Shown here piece after piece: positions 14,001 to 30,533 of a stretch of 64,000 nucleotides of DNA (position 1 is the stretch's first letter; every line of letters starts with the position of its first letter). The position numbers and the translations under genes are program-made. Below the pieces are notes generated by a model that had not been told where the DNA came from, searched no databases, and was given only the letters and a program-made list of their open reading frames with translations. This stretch comes from the human T2T-CHM13v2.0 reference genome, Homo sapiens. Where the stretch lies: NCBI RefSeq assembly GCF_009914755.1, contig NC_060926.1; one strand, 5' to 3'.

Positions 14001-14944
14001 CAAAGTCTGTTCATTTCATATATCATCTCAGATTTGAAAAGCACGTGAAAATGTTTCTCCATTTTCAATATTGTGTGAGTAATGTTCCCATTGAAAAGTA
14101 ATGGAGTGAAGTTGTCACTTGTCAGCACAGTTATTAAGGAGGACGAGTCTCCAATCTTTCTCTCATAATAAAATAAATCTGTCAGAAAATCATTGTGCTC
14201 ACACTTTCTCATGCCATCGAGAGAGGAGACTGAGACGATGGAGCTCCTTCAGTTTTACCCAAGTCAAGGTGCGCTTTTGGTTGGGGCTTCCCTGGGTTAA
14301 AGGTCACCACCCTTCCTGCCCGGTGGCAGCCACTCGTCGTCCGCAGCACGTCAGCAGTGCATCGGAGATAATTGACTCAGGACCTTGTCAAATAAAGCTG
14401 TTCATTATTTCCCAAATACTGACCTTTCGTCCAAAGGCGATTATCAGGGGTTTTTTTTCCCCTTCATTATTTTTTGTGGTATTGTCCACTAGCTTAACTT
14501 CGAATTTGCCATTTTCCAACCATCCAGAAGCAAAAACGGAAAATGTTAACAGCACCTTGATACTAATCAAGAGTGTGCCGTTAAATCGCACAGCTGACTA
14601 GTCAACAGAATTTTAAAATCATTCAAACATTAATTAAATACATATGTTGATGTAGTAGATTTTCCAAATAAACATTGAGCAGCCCCTTTTTTCCTCGGCT
14701 GTGTGAACTGCAGCTTTCAAGTGTTTTTCTGTTGGGCGTTACTTTCCCATATGGCCCATTGGTTTCTAGTAGTTGAATTTTGAACTTTTTAAAAAAGAAT
14801 TAAAAGATAATTCTGTGGTGGAAAAGTCAGGGGGAAAGTTTAGATGATTCTCTTTAAAAATGATGAGTCAGTGGAGATGAACTACTGAGCTGTCTGCTCG
14901 TCGGACGTGTCTGTGCGCACACATAGATCGCGCATGTTTTCTAA

Positions 14945-15193
<249 letters not shown>

Positions 15194-18100
15194 TGATGCT
15201 GGCTCTCGCACCAAGGTCTGTCTGATGTGCTCTGTTGATGAATGTAGAAGTCTCTCACTTGACATCAATTAGCAGAGTTCCTGTGTGTATTCAAATGGGA
15301 TCATTAGAATGAGAAGAGGGAACGGAGACAACAGACCTAATGAAGTGCGGGCTGCCCGCCTGCATATGGAGTGCGTTTCCAGGCTGAGAGCTTTCAAAGG
15401 CTGCCTTTGTAGCACGGCTTTGATTGGGCCGCGGGCCGCCGGGCAACAGGGGTAACTCAGATCGCCTACAAGAGCCCCTTGTGATCACAGGAACAGCCCG
15501 ACGTGGCCCTAATTTGCTCTCACAGACGGACATCTGAACACTGTTTCAGGCTGGTTTGTAACAACGAGGCAATTAGTTGTGATAATCATAGCCGGTGTGT
15601 CAGCTGTGCGCTCTTGTTTGTAATTTGCTAATGAAGGAATTGTAACTTTGATTAGGTTCGGTTTCATTTAGACCTTATTATATAAAGGAACATTTACAGC
15701 TGTAATGTGGGGCCTTAATTAAACTTTCTCATTACACAACAGGACTTGAATTCAACCATTTGTTTTGGCCTATGTTGCTAGCCTGGAACAGGGTTTCATT
15801 AGCCCAGAAACCAGATTCTAAATCACTTTATATCTCCAATAAGAAAAAAAAAAAACCCTGGAGTCCACGTGTGACGTAGATTGTGGTTTGATTTCCAAGG
15901 AGAATAAAAATAGAGTTCAACCCCACACAGTGGCTTCTGAAATGTCATCTTTTGGTTTGTTAAAGAAAGCCAATTGATTTAGAGTGCATCCTTCTTGAGC
16001 AGAAGCCTCTGTGGGCAGGAGAATGGCTCCGCCTCTCAGGCACAGGGCTTGTGACCGGTGTGCACCTCCGGTCCAGCTCACTGCTTTGCTCTCCTCTCTC
16101 CTGCGGGCACCTACACAGCATCGGTAATCCCTTAGGAACTGTGTAGGCACTGGCTTCCCTTAAAAAGGGGAGAGTCTTTCCACACATGGAGTTGGATTAT
16201 TCTGGTGGTGCAGGTTTCGTCCATTTGAAGCAAATAGGAACGCAGCCTTAGAGAGGGGCCAGCCAGTGTCAGCGTGAAGATGTGGGAGAGGAAGGGGTTA
16301 AATAGGGCCACAGCATCTTGGGTGAGACCAGAGGAGGGAGTCCACAGAGTTTCCCAAGGAGCCCAGGAACTACTGCAAAAACCACACCTCTGCCCACAGC
16401 GTAACCGACCCTGCCCGGGAGCAAGCTTTCTCCTTCCGTGCTCACAGGGCACGCCTTTGCCAGGCAGAGAAGAAGGAGGCCTGCAGGTCATCACCAAGGC
16501 CCTCAGGCATCTATGTAAGATACATGATCATCTACTGGGCCGCAAATATATGGATTGGCCCGGGGCACCTTTAGGAGAAATTCTCTTCCCTCCATATATT
16601 CAAAGACAACAACAACAGAACTTTCCACTTTGATGATGGGTGGTGTTTTCACTATAAAACACTTCAGAGGTCCGTGCACATAGTTGCTTATTCTTTCTTG
16701 GTGCCTTTATTTATAACCTAACTCTGCATAAGCTAATGTTACTGTGTAATTTTTATGCCACTGATACCTTTTTCAACTGGAATTATAAAAATCAGTTATA
16801 AAAATAATTCTTTTTCATAAACTGGTACCAGGACATTTCCTTTGGGGAATATTAAAACTTAATAATAGACTGTTTTCTTAATGCCTGTCTGTGGTTGATT
16901 TGGGTGATTTGGGTGGGAGCGCTCACCAGCCTGGCGGGAGTCCCTCTGTGCGAGCCAGGTGGGCCCCCGGTATAATTGGAACCTTCATTCAATTTGTACC
17001 TGCTCATCTGTGGAGGGGGCTAGCTTTGCAGGCTAGCTTTTCAATATGTGTGCAGATTGGAACTGACCATCAAGCGTAAAATGAGTATTATCCAGTCCTT
17101 GGATGCCTTTCGATTGTGAATGTTCAAAGGAATCTCGTTGAAATCTAAATCATGGTCTGATTTCCCGGTGACTCCTGGGCACAGGGAGCTCCTTGTCCCT
17201 CCTAATTGTCCCCCTCTTGCAGCCACAGACAGCTCCCTCCTCACATCCACACCTGTCCCAGCAGAGTGCCCCCGTGGCCAGCTCTCCAGGCCTCGGGTGC
17301 CTCGTCTGTAAAATGGGGAACTGGATGATGTCTGAAGCCCTTGAAGCAGTTAGATGTGGAGGTTCCACAGAGAATTTTTAAATGTTAGCAAAACTGGATT
17401 TTTAAATCGGGGCACCCTTGTCAAAGCCTCTCTGTGCATCGGACGGATTGATGTGGGTTTGCAGACGGTTGTATCGATCTATCTCACATCCCTGTGTGTA
17501 CCCTTGTTTCTAAAGGAACATAGATCACTTCAGGTAGCCTGAATTCCTGACCTTCCTGGTGTGATGACTTCAGTGTGGAAATGAAATGAGAGGATTGCAG
17601 GGGATGGAGCCTGATGGCCATATTCTAGAAACTCAACCAAATTATTTGTTGAATAAATGAACAATTAAATGAGTGCTTATTATGTAAGTGCTGTTCATAC
17701 AAGATCCCACTTAATCCTCGACATTGCCACAGTTATGGTAGCTGTGTTCTCCTTATTTTAAACACAGAGATAGGGAGGGCCCTATACCAGGCAGCTAGGA
17801 AGTAGGTCCAAGGATTCGGACCAGGCCTCTCTGCCCCTATGTCTGCGCTCTCTCCACTGCCCATTGATGAAAAGCCTTCAGAAAGCTTAGGAAGCAAAGT
17901 TACATGTTTTAAATTAAGTAAGTGAACCACGACCTGAGACAAAAATATCTTACGACTGTATAAAGAAACTTCTGAGACTGCCTGCAGCAACATATTTCTC
18001 CAGGGATAACACAGCCCTGCTCAGCCATTCTCCGGGTGGGAGGCGTCATTCCATTCCCATCCTTACCGTGTTTGCCGCAAACATGTTCTCTGCTCTTGTC

Positions 18101-21100
18101 ACTTGCTGCAGAGAACTGTGTCTTAATGCTCAGCCCATGTGAAAGACTCGGGTCTGCATGATCGAAGCCTCACACACCAGCTAATGGACCTTTGCCTAAT
18201 GGCAGAGGAGTCGTTTTAGAACCCCAGCAACCTGCGTGGAGTTGCTAATGCAGACTCTTCTTTCCCCCAGCAGGAGTCTTGTAATGGATGGTTTAGGATC
18301 CAGGCAAGGCAGCCTTCAACACTCTCTGCAATCTAACCCCAGAGTTTACAGATAGTACGTGTCGCAGTGGCTTATGTTAACCCCCTTTCACTTCCATCTG
18401 ATACCTCGTTCGCTGTAAGCATCCAGGCTCCCCCCACCTCAGTGTGGGAGCTTGCCGAATCATGATGGTCAATGACGTTGTCTCTTTCTTCTTTCTCCCG
18501 ATTAAAGATTCCCCATCAAGAATATGACTTATTTTCTGGACTATAACTTCATTTCTTGTGGACCTGGGTCTACTTCTCCTTTGGTGTCCTTTCTGGGGTC
18601 TTGGAGGAGGTTGGTTCAGAGAATTCGGTTTCTTTTTTTTTTTTTTTTTTTTTACTAATAAGGTCTATTCGAGTAAAAATTAAGAAGCAAAGCAAGAAAA
18701 AGCCAGAGGCCCGGCTCAGCGGCAAGTGGGTTTGTCACGTATTAATTTTTCATTGCTGTGGAGAGTTGTACATACATAATCACTTGATTGCAGTGGGAGT
18801 TAGGGAGCTCCTATGGTGCCATTTGCATAAATCTTGTTAAGTCAATGGCAGTTAATGAAGTACAAATGAGCCCGGAGAAGGTGACATGCAAATCGTGGGT
18901 GGCAGATGGGAGGTCTGTTTGGGGGACAGCAGCTGTGTGCTCTCCTTTCTTTCTTTCTCTTTAGCATTTTTTAATCTCTATATTTGAGTACAGATACACA
19001 GTCATACGCCTTGGCCTCCTCCGTGCCCTTCGCAGAGCCCCGGCCAGAGAACCTGTCCATCCCCTCCTGCCTCTGATGTCCAGGCTGCATAAACCGTTCA
19101 AGACTTGCCTTGTACTTGGTAGCGTACGCTAGAAGGATTTGAATTTTTTGAAAATCGTGCTCAGTTTATCTCATCGTGCTTACGCAATTGAAAGCGTATC
19201 ATTTTTACTTGGTGGGGACACACAGAACCTCCTCACTACATCTTTTGAGACGTTGTGTTGTCTCCTGAGGTTTCAGAGAATAAAAAAGAATAGAAGATAC
19301 CATCTTTGCCTTATCATGCTTCCATTTGGGAGTCTTTTCTTCCTTTTTCAGACAGGCCAACTGTATTTACTGATTATTCCCCGTCCCTGGTTCGTGGTTG
19401 GACCATCAGGGGATTGGCATTCCTAGGGTTAGTCAGGAATGAGAAATACAGAAAGTGTGCGGGGCATGCTCTGTACCTCAGGCCATGGGGACGACCGCTC
19501 CCTGTCATGCAGACCCCTCAGAGGGGCCGCCCCCGGCCCGGCCCAGCTCTGGCCAGGGTGTCTCACGCTCTTGGTTTTGTGTTTAAGGATTTAAGTGCTA
19601 GCAGGACTCACAGAGAGCTCTTAGAGATTCATGGGAAAAACATTGCCTACGACTTTCAGAAGTTTTGTGTTTATTTGATCACCTGGCTGATGTTTTGAGA
19701 GAACCAGGTCTCTGCTTGCCTTGAGGAAAGGTAGGCAAAGACGTGTGCATCAGGAGGCAACAGCCCTGTTGACAGCTGCGGTGGTCACATGCTGGGGATC
19801 CTTTTCTTGCAGGCCACCCACTCTGGTCCGTCCTCTGCGATGCCCGCCAAGGTGCTGTTTCTCAGTTCTTTGGGCTGCAGGGCGCTGCGGGGGACCCTCC
19901 ATCAGGCACGCTCCCTTTTGTGATGCTCGGTGGATGCACCAAAGGAGCAACATCCCTCAAAAAAACTTTTTTTTTTTAAGTCTTCATTTTGACCTTGAAC
20001 CCTGATGTCATGGCCACCTCCAGGGAGTCAGCTGTGAGAGCAGTCATTTCCCAGCAGCCATCTGAAGCCGTGGGAAAAGCCTTCCCAAGCTGTCAGAGGA
20101 AGAGCCGGCCTGCCCGGGGCAAGCCCGCCGCACCCGCCATCGGGCCTGTGAACTGTTTTGAAGCTGTGCGTGTTTTGATTCTCAGTTGAGTAGAAAGAGG
20201 CAATTGTCAATTAAGTGAAAGGAACCTCTGGAGTTAATCCCCTCGTCCAGCCTGCCGCAGGCCACCGACCTGTGTTGTCTGGTACCTGGGATCAACACGA
20301 GGGGTGTATTGTGTGGCATGGGCAGAATGAAAGCAGCCTAATGACGCCAGCGTTAACAGCTCCTGAAACTTTGACACTGCTCACAGCGAGTTGGTTGACT
20401 GCTTCACCGGCGTGTGCTGCTTTCATGGAGGAAACAAATGTGAAGACCACGCTGAAACTTGATAGAGATCGGAGGAGATGGAGAGGAATGGCAGTGCCCT
20501 TCCTTCAGGGGCATGGAGAGAGGAGCTCCACAGGCCTGCGGCCTCTCTGCGTAGGCAGAGGTTTACAGGAGGACGGCTCACGTTTATTAAGCCCCACCAT
20601 TGAGGAACCAAGGTGAGCGAGAGGCCCGCCGAGCGTACGATGTCCACCCACGTGGCAAATCAGCTCTGCCTGGGCGTAGGGGCCCGTTTTGCTCCCCAGA
20701 AGCAGATAATTTACAGAGTGAACTGCCGTGCCCTGCAAGCTAATTGACCTCACTTGGGTGAACAACTCCCTGAGAGTCTTATATTCAGCCCGGTTCACAA
20801 CAGACCCAGCCCAGTTACGATGATTAATGTAATAGCCAGGCAGGTGTATCAGTGCTTTTACTTTGACTCCTCAAATCTCATACTGTCATTGCCAGAACAG
20901 TCCAGAATATCTGGAGGCCTACACGTGAAATGACAGTCATCCGTCTTTGAGTATATCGGGCACACCCTCCCCTACATCCCCGCCCTTTTGGCAATGTTGG
21001 TGGGTGACAATATGTTCCTCACAAGATGTGCAGAATGTTTATTTGGAATTACTTTACCCAAAGCACAAAATCCATCATTTATATGCAAATCTGCAAAGCA

Positions 21101-21274
21101 ATCGAAAAGAATACTTCCCTTGGCCGTGAGGGTTGCATGAGGGTGACAGGAAGTAGTGTAGCCCTAGGTGCATCATACACGACCAACTGCCATGCTAACA
21201 GAATGGCGTTTCCAAGAACGGAAGTTCGTTTTAAGACTCAGTGTGTCCTCTGTGTATCCATTGTCCAGAGCTGG

Positions 21275-22070
21275 TGAAACAGGAAAAGTTCCTTTATCTC
21301 CCTCGCAGGGCATGTGATGGGCTGTGGCTCACTTCTTCGGTGTCCCGCAGCTCAGACCCCTAGGGGGGCGGGCAGGCAGTCAGGCGGGTTGTGGGGAGCA
21401 TGGGCTCCGATCCCACAGCATGGTCTAGGGCTGGGCGTTGACAGCTCCTGAAGCCCCAGTGGGCGTGTGTTACAGTGTGCTTTTCGGTTTGGCTGTCCAC
21501 AGGCAGCCTGTGACCATCAGCTCAGTTAGTCCCTCTGCCTTATTGCAAGGACAGAGGGTTTCTGTATCCCAGGGTTCTTGCCTTAGTGTACTGGAAGAAT
21601 TGGATCACACGTCAGCTTGGAGAATGAGTGCAACGTTTAATGAGTGGTGCCAGTAGTTCTCAGCAGATGGATGGTAGCCAGAAGGGCGATGGAGTGGGAA
21701 GGTGGTCTTACCCTGGAGTCGGGCCACTCAGTGGCCGGACTCTCCTCCTACCGCCCCTGGGTGAATTCCACGTCACCCACATCGTTCTGCCATTGGTGGC
21801 CTGCCAGAGTCTGTTGGTGTGTTCTTCTGCCGGTGTGCTTCTCTCGACGCCCAGCCGCCTGTGTGTGTGCCCACTAGGGTCTCGGGGTTTTTATAGGCAC
21901 AGGATGGGGGGAGTGGCAGGCCAGGGTGGTCTTGGAAAATGCAGTGTTTGGGCGCAAGAACTGGAATGCCTGTCCTCGCCTATGTCTGTGGGCACAGGCC
22001 CAAGGGCGGAGCTCTTGCCAGGGAGCCTGCCCTTCTCTACCCAGCACTTCCCTGCCTGCCTCCCATTTCA
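21275..22070 (-). mobile_element. Solo ERV1 LTR (LTR9-like)
   Basis: TG...CA termini (tgaaac...tttca) and a 4-bp TSD CTGG/CCGG. Minus-strand TATAAAAA at 21888-21895 and ATTAAA at 21636-21641. Resembles the LTR9 family. Confidence 0.75.
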
Positions 22071-22974
22071 CCGGGATAATATCTAAGTGATTTGTTTCAG
22101 CAAAATAGTGCTTATTTTCTTTAAAAGTTGAACAGTGGTGGTGAAATCCAATTCCCCTTGAGCTCAGAAATACAAGCTCTCCTACAAGTAGAGGAAAGAT
22201 TCTCAAAGTTAATGTTGCCAGAACTTGTTTTTGTCTTGATGAATCAAAAAGATACTTATTTCTGGAATTATTTCTTATCAGATTTGATCAACTAGTAACA
22301 ATTGTTCACTGGTCCTTGTGTGACATGCCCTGGGTCCTCTGCTACGGCTGGAGGAGGCAGAAAGTGTCTGCAGCCCCCAGGCTCAGCTCAGGTGTGTACT
22401 GACGATCCCATCCCATGACCCCCAATGCAAGTGGACGGGTGTCACGCCAAGGAGTGGTGAATTCTACTGAGTTAGACAGGAGAGGGTGAGGGAAGGACAG
22501 GGAAATGGAGGTGGGGACAATCCCACTGGACTGGGACATACAAGTAGGTGGTGGCAGAACAGGAGGGAGGCAGACAGCAGAGCTGCGGATGGAGGGGTTC
22601 AGGAGGAAGTGGGGAGGAGGGTCCTAAAGGCCCAGGGTATCTGCTTGCCAAGGACTCTGGCTGCTCTGCAGAGAAGGGTTGATTTCCCCATATTATTTGT
22701 AGGAGCAGTGGTGTTGGGGGTTTAGAGACTCATGGCCGCACGGAGTGGATCTCCCTCCCCTTCTTACTCTGTCCCCATAGGGTTTGAGATGATGGGGGTT
22801 CTGATGTACCAGAGTCTTGGCGGTAACCAGCGTTTATTGACCACTTTTCCGAGTGCCCTGTCCTAGAGCTTTCCACTGCTGTCCCCCTTACCTAGGAAGT
22901 GCCACGCTCCCCTTTCCCATATGAGAACATTAAGGCTTGGGGAGACAGTGGGGCGTGCCCAGCAGCCCCACACA

Positions 22975-23322
22975 GCGCATGAGTCCCCAGGGCTGCCCTA
23001 ATGAAATCCTGCAGCCTGGGCGGCTTAAACAGCACAAGTTGATCTCTCGGTTCTAGAGGCTGGAGGTCCAAGACAAGGCCCAGCAGAGCCTGTTTCTGGA
23101 GAGCCCTCTCCTTGGCTTGAGCCTGTTGCCTTCTTGCTGTGTCCTCCCGTGGCCTGGACTCCATGTGCACACGCCTGGTGTCTCTTTTTCTTATAATGAT
23201 GCCAGTCCCATTGAATCAGGGTCCCATCTGTACGTCATTTAACCTTGTCTCCAAATACAGTCCCACTGCGGGTGAGGGCTTCAACATGCAAATTTTGGGG
23301 GGACGTATTTCATCCTGTAACA
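22975..23322 (-). mobile_element. MLT1-type MaLR LTR
   Basis: ggcttaaacagcac...ttctagaggctggaggtccaaga...agggcttcaacatg...tcctgtaaca. Confidence 0.75.
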
Positions 23323-23954
23323 CACAGCTGGGTAGTAGCAGAGCTGGGACGGGAGCTGAGCTCTGTGTGACCGAGAGCCATCTGCCATGTTCTTTCCATC
23401 TGGAATGTCCTAGCTTAGGCCTTCCTGGTCATATAAGGTAAGGCCACTTGATTTCTAACCAACATATTTGAGAATAAAAAAGAAAAACTTACTTGAAGAG
23501 GCCGCATGCGTTAGATAGGAAGCATACGAGACTCAAAGTACTCCGACTTGGGGGTTTCCATTGAAACTTTCCTAAGTTGTGGTAAACTGTTGTCATTTGA
23601 AATAAGACTGTTGCTGGAACGAATCCTTATACCAGGTGCGTAGCTCTCACTCTGTGCAGTGCGTTTTACAGCTGTTGAGGCCTTTCAGTCCCGTCCATGG
23701 GAGACCTCCTTCAGGCTGGTTTTGAAAACCAAAGCTCCCTTCCCTTGCGGAGGCAGCTCCTCAGGGCCGCGGGTAAATGTTGGGCCTGTAGCTGGGGATG
23801 TTCAGGAAGAGCCTGTGGATTGGGCAGGTGCTCACTGTCCGTCAGTTGTGTCACTGGTTGCTTTGACAGTGGCTGTGGTGTTTTGTGTTTTGGTTAATTT
23901 CTCCCAGGTATAAAAGATAGCTATATACTCACTTCATTACTGAAAGAAAGATAC

Positions 23955-24310
<356 letters not shown>

Positions 24311-24405
24311 TTAAAGGTTAAAATCCCCACACGTGACAAGTAGCTCTGACTACTTCCCACAGTCTTTGGCCATTTGCAAACACTACATAGAAACAGATGT
24401 CTACC

Positions 24406-24694
24406 AGCTGGGTGTGGTGGCTCACGCCTGTCATGTCAGCACTTTGGGAGACCGAGGTGAGTGGATCACCTGAGGCCAGGAGTTCAAGACCAGCCTGGCC
24501 AACATAGCAAAAACCCATCTCTACTAAAAATACAAAAATTAGCTACACATGGTGGTGTGCACCTGTAATCCCACCTACCTGGGAAGCCGAGGCATGAGAA
24601 TCGCTTGAACCCAGGAGACGGAGGTTGCAGTGAGCCGAGATCATGCTACTGGACTCCTTTTTTGATCTCTGTCTCAAAAAGAAGAAAAAAAAAA
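24406..24694 (+). mobile_element. Alu (AluS-type) with an altered 3' end
   Basis: Dimer flanked by TSD agat(g/a)tctacc. Confidence 0.92.
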
Positions 24695-25344
24695 AGATAT
24701 CTACCAAGACCAAGACTCCTAAGGAAATTGTATCATTAAAGTCTTATTTCAGTTCTGCAGTATTTATTTAACAGTTCCTGACAGCAGACTCAGTTTCTCC
24801 TCGTGTAGGAACTTGGACTGTGGAATAGGACTTCTCCCAAGCTGAGTTTTGTCCTTTGTGAATAGAGGCTTTGACAACCAAACAAGCACCTCTCCTGGCA
24901 GAGAGAAATCACTGGCTGCCAGAATTTCATGTTTTGTTTAGAAACAGCAACCGTGGAACTTATGGCACTTGGCATGGCTCTTAGACCAGACACATTTTCC
25001 CAGAAATGGTCAGGAAGGCCCAGACTGTGCACTCTGTCCCAAGACTGTCGCTGTGGTTCTCCCTCACACACCCCTATGACATGGTTCTGCTTGTTGCCTA
25101 CTCCAGAGCCTTTGGCTCCACAAGTTCTAAAGAAGGTGGCGGCTTAATAAGTCTTCACAGTCCCCTTTTGAGGCTTTTCAGGAAAGTCATCAGACAATGA
25201 CATTTTTATCAGATAGTTTTGAGTAGCAAAAACACTTTTTCCTCTCCTACATCTAAAAGTAAAAGAATTTACTTTTAACTGACTCACTGAAGGCCATGTT
25301 TTGAAACCAAAACACTCTTTCCTTGGTACCAAAGCTGACAGCTA

Positions 25345-25725
<381 letters not shown>

Positions 25726-25939
25726 CTAGTTAGACATTGTCCATAAATTACCTAATACTATAGTTAATGTTTGCAGACTGGTGAAAACAGAAACATTTCA
25801 AAATACTATTAACATCTTAGGGCCGTCCCAAGTCTAGTCCTCCTGGTTCAATCCGATCTGCTCCCTGCAATATTTACTCCCTAACCTTTCCTTCTGCTTA
25901 AAAACTCATCAGAATCAACCACATTATTATCGTGTGAGA

Positions 25940-26165
25940 CTTGTAATAAGAATGCTGGCAGTTACATGCCGAGTACATATTGTACATTACGTTGGTTGCT
26001 TCATCACAGGACCTCATTTAATTCTCCACCAACCTAAGATACAACTTGCTACTCTGTTCTAGACGAAGAGTTTGAGGTTCAGGGATGTTAAGGTATGAGA
26101 CCGATGTTATATAGCTCCACGTGAGTGGAAGAGCTGGGATTCAAATCCAGGAGTCCTCTCTGAAA
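25940..26165 (-). mobile_element. MIR SINE
   Basis: ctcatttaattctc...gaggttcagggatgttaag...gagctgggattcaaatccagg. Confidence 0.65.
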
Positions 26166-26173
26166 CATTCTAG

Positions 26174-26670
<497 letters not shown>

Positions 26671-26895
26671 CATGGCCATCTTTTCTGTGCAAGATCAAGC
26701 ATCAAGTACACAGTGTACTTTCCTGGTGGGGCACCAGCAAGGCAGGCTGTTTTACGCAGGGCTGTCCTGGAAAGTCTGTGCTGTCTGGCACCTGGATCAA
26801 GATCAGATGAGGTCCTTGAGCTCCAGTGTTCATCGGAGTCCCTGTGGGCCCAGAGGTTGCCTGAGTAGGTCAGAATCGAGTATCGGGAAATTGTA

Positions 26896-26896
<1 letters not shown>

Positions 26897-26928
<32 letters not shown>

Positions 26929-27210
26929 GGAGACAGAGTCTACTCTGACACCCAGGCTGAAATAAAATGGTGCAATATCTTGGCTCACTGTAACCTCTGC
27001 CTCCCGTGTTGAATTGATCCTCATAACAGCCTCCCAAGTAGTTGGGACTACAAGCACACACCACGATACCTGGCTAATTTTTTGTATTTTTAATAGAGAT
27101 AGGGTTTTGCCATGTTGCCCAGGCTGGTCTCAAACTCCTGAGCTCAGGCAATCCACCCACCTCCACCTCCCAGAGTGCTGGGATTACAGGCGTGAGCCAC
27201 CGCGCCTGGC
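26897..27210 (-). mobile_element. Alu inserted in a MER5-like fragment
   Basis: Antisense dimer with TSD attgtatttct; downstream gtgatgctgatgctgct...cacactttgaga is MER5A-like. Confidence 0.88.
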
Positions 27211-27660
27211 AGGAGATTGTATTTCTGTGTTCTCAAGTGATGCTGATGCTGCTAATCCAGGAGCCACACTTTGAGATCCCCTTTCTAGGCACATGGAGTC
27301 ACTTAGGGCTTCTTTCCTTTCCCGCCTCACAAATAGATGACTCTTTGATTCGTACCAGCCCCTTTAATCTGTGCTCGTGAAAATTTTCCTAGCCGTGAGG
27401 CCCGTGTCAGATGCCTTCTGTTCCAGGTAAACCAATGAGATGTGTGCTCTTTCCTTTTCTTTCCTCCGATGCCCGTCCGATCTTGGGATCTTGCTCTCTA
27501 TCTTCCCTGTTTATAGCTATGTGCATCATTCACGCCTCCTTTCCCACGTGTTTCCGGATGGTGCACACTCCGAGACATGTTCTTTCTCCTGCGTTGTGTA
27601 CACAGCAGGGAGGGTATTTGGTAGGCAGGTTGCTGGTGGTAGTAGCACTAGGTAGCATAG

Positions 27661-27989
<329 letters not shown>

Positions 27990-29150
27990 AAAATGTCTTT
28001 TCTTCACCAAAACAGATTTTGTTTGTTTAAAAGAATATGTTATATTGGAGAAGTTACAGTATTCATTAAATTGTATTTTCAGGAACATTATAATTTTTAA
28101 GTCAACATTCTTTAACTTTTATGTATCTAAGATAGTATGTTTAGGTTACACAGAAGTGGTCACATTTTTTTAATCTGCAAAGAAGAAAGCTTTTGCCAGT
28201 GACCCAAAATAATTTCAGAAAACTGGTTTCTTGTACAACTTTTCTACTTTTGAGTATTTATCCAGAAGAAGATTTGTTTAAATAAATGTCTTCACATACA
28301 AAATTTTGTTTATAAGGAATTCTTCAAGATTAAACCCACAAATTTTAGTAACACCGGACTGTTTTTGTAATTGCCAAGTTTTTACCATATTGTTCAGTCT
28401 CTATCAGCCACAGCCTCTGTGATTTCATTCATGCTAAAAACAAGAATGTTTATATTTTTAGTGTACATAAAAATTAATTTTATACAAATATATAAAACAG
28501 CTACACAGAAATACTAGTGGAGAGACGAGTAATGTGCCAAGTAATGATTAGGCAATGAGGAACCACGAGAAGCAGATAGCTCTGGTTGGGTGTGTTGGCC
28601 TTCCTTTGCTCATATCTAAAGTATTGGAGATTTAAGACAATATGAAATCATTGTATACTAAAATGTATCATTAACAAAGAATGATAAAATCCTACTCTAA
28701 GAAAAATAAGGAAGAGCAGAGTTGTGGAAATGCACTGCTATAGTCCTGAAACTTGACCCAGTCTTCTTGAAGGGCAATCTAACAGTCATACATGATGGAC
28801 ATAAGAAATTTGATTCACTTTGTCCCAGTGATCTGTCTTCTAGAAGTTTATCCTCAAGGGAATAATTCACTAGGAGAAAGGGAAAAAGACCTTTAGTGTA
28901 AAACAGTGTGTATAGCAGTTATTTATAATATTAAAATTCTGGGAGCTACAAATTTTCAACAAGCAAGAAGTTAAATTAGTAATTGCTAACTGAATAGTAC
29001 CAGGATGTACAGCCATTAAAATGGCCAATTTGAATACCCTTTAGAGATAAGTGAAAGCATAAAACATAAAACTGTGTATAATAATTGGAGCATGAAAATA
29101 TGTATACATGTGGCTTTAAATTGGATGAATAGGAACGCAGTAACAAGTGA

Positions 29151-29965
<815 letters not shown>

Positions 29966-30149
29966 TTTTAGTGATAGACGTTGTACTCAATAATAAGTAG
30001 GTTTTATAAAATGAAAACTATTTTCTTCTGATAAATGTGTACAGTCTTAAATAAAATTTAAAGTGCTTTTTTAACTCTTCCTGTATTGGAGGGAAGGAGT
30101 AAATGAGGATGATTTTGAAACTTGTTGGTTACTTAAAGAAGACCTGGGG

Positions 30150-30533
30150 AAACCTAGAGGTGAGGAGGAACTGGAGAAGCCCAGGAGCGAGGAGGAGCTG
30201 GAGAAGCCCAGGGGTGAGGGGGAGATGGAGAAACTCAAGGGTGAGGAAGAGCTGGAGAAGCTCAAGGGTGAGGAAGAGCTGGAGAAGCTCAAGAATGAAG
30301 AGAAGCTGGAGCAGCTCAAGAATGAAGAGAAGCTGAAGAAGCTCAAGGGTGAGGAGGAGCTGGAGAAGCCCAAGGGTGAAGAGAAGCTGGAGAAGCTTGG
30401 GAATGGGGAGAAGCTGAAGAAGCTCAGTGGTGAAGAGGAGCTGGAGAAGCCCAAGGGTGAGGAGGAGCTGGAGAAGCTTGGGAATGGGAAGAAGCTGAAG
30501 AAGCTCAGTGGTGAAGAGGAGCTGGAGAAGCCC
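30150..30533. repeat. 27-bp purine-rich minisatellite (~14 units)
   Basis: Consensus GGTGAGGAGGAGCTGGAGAAGCCCAAG, with an 81-bp higher-order duplication in the 3' half. Confidence 0.93.

Noticed and set aside
19352-19427. Cryptic 76-nt exon with a good pyrimidine tract
   Set aside because: Mediocre donor and no supporting motifs; pseudo-exons like this are common in long introns.
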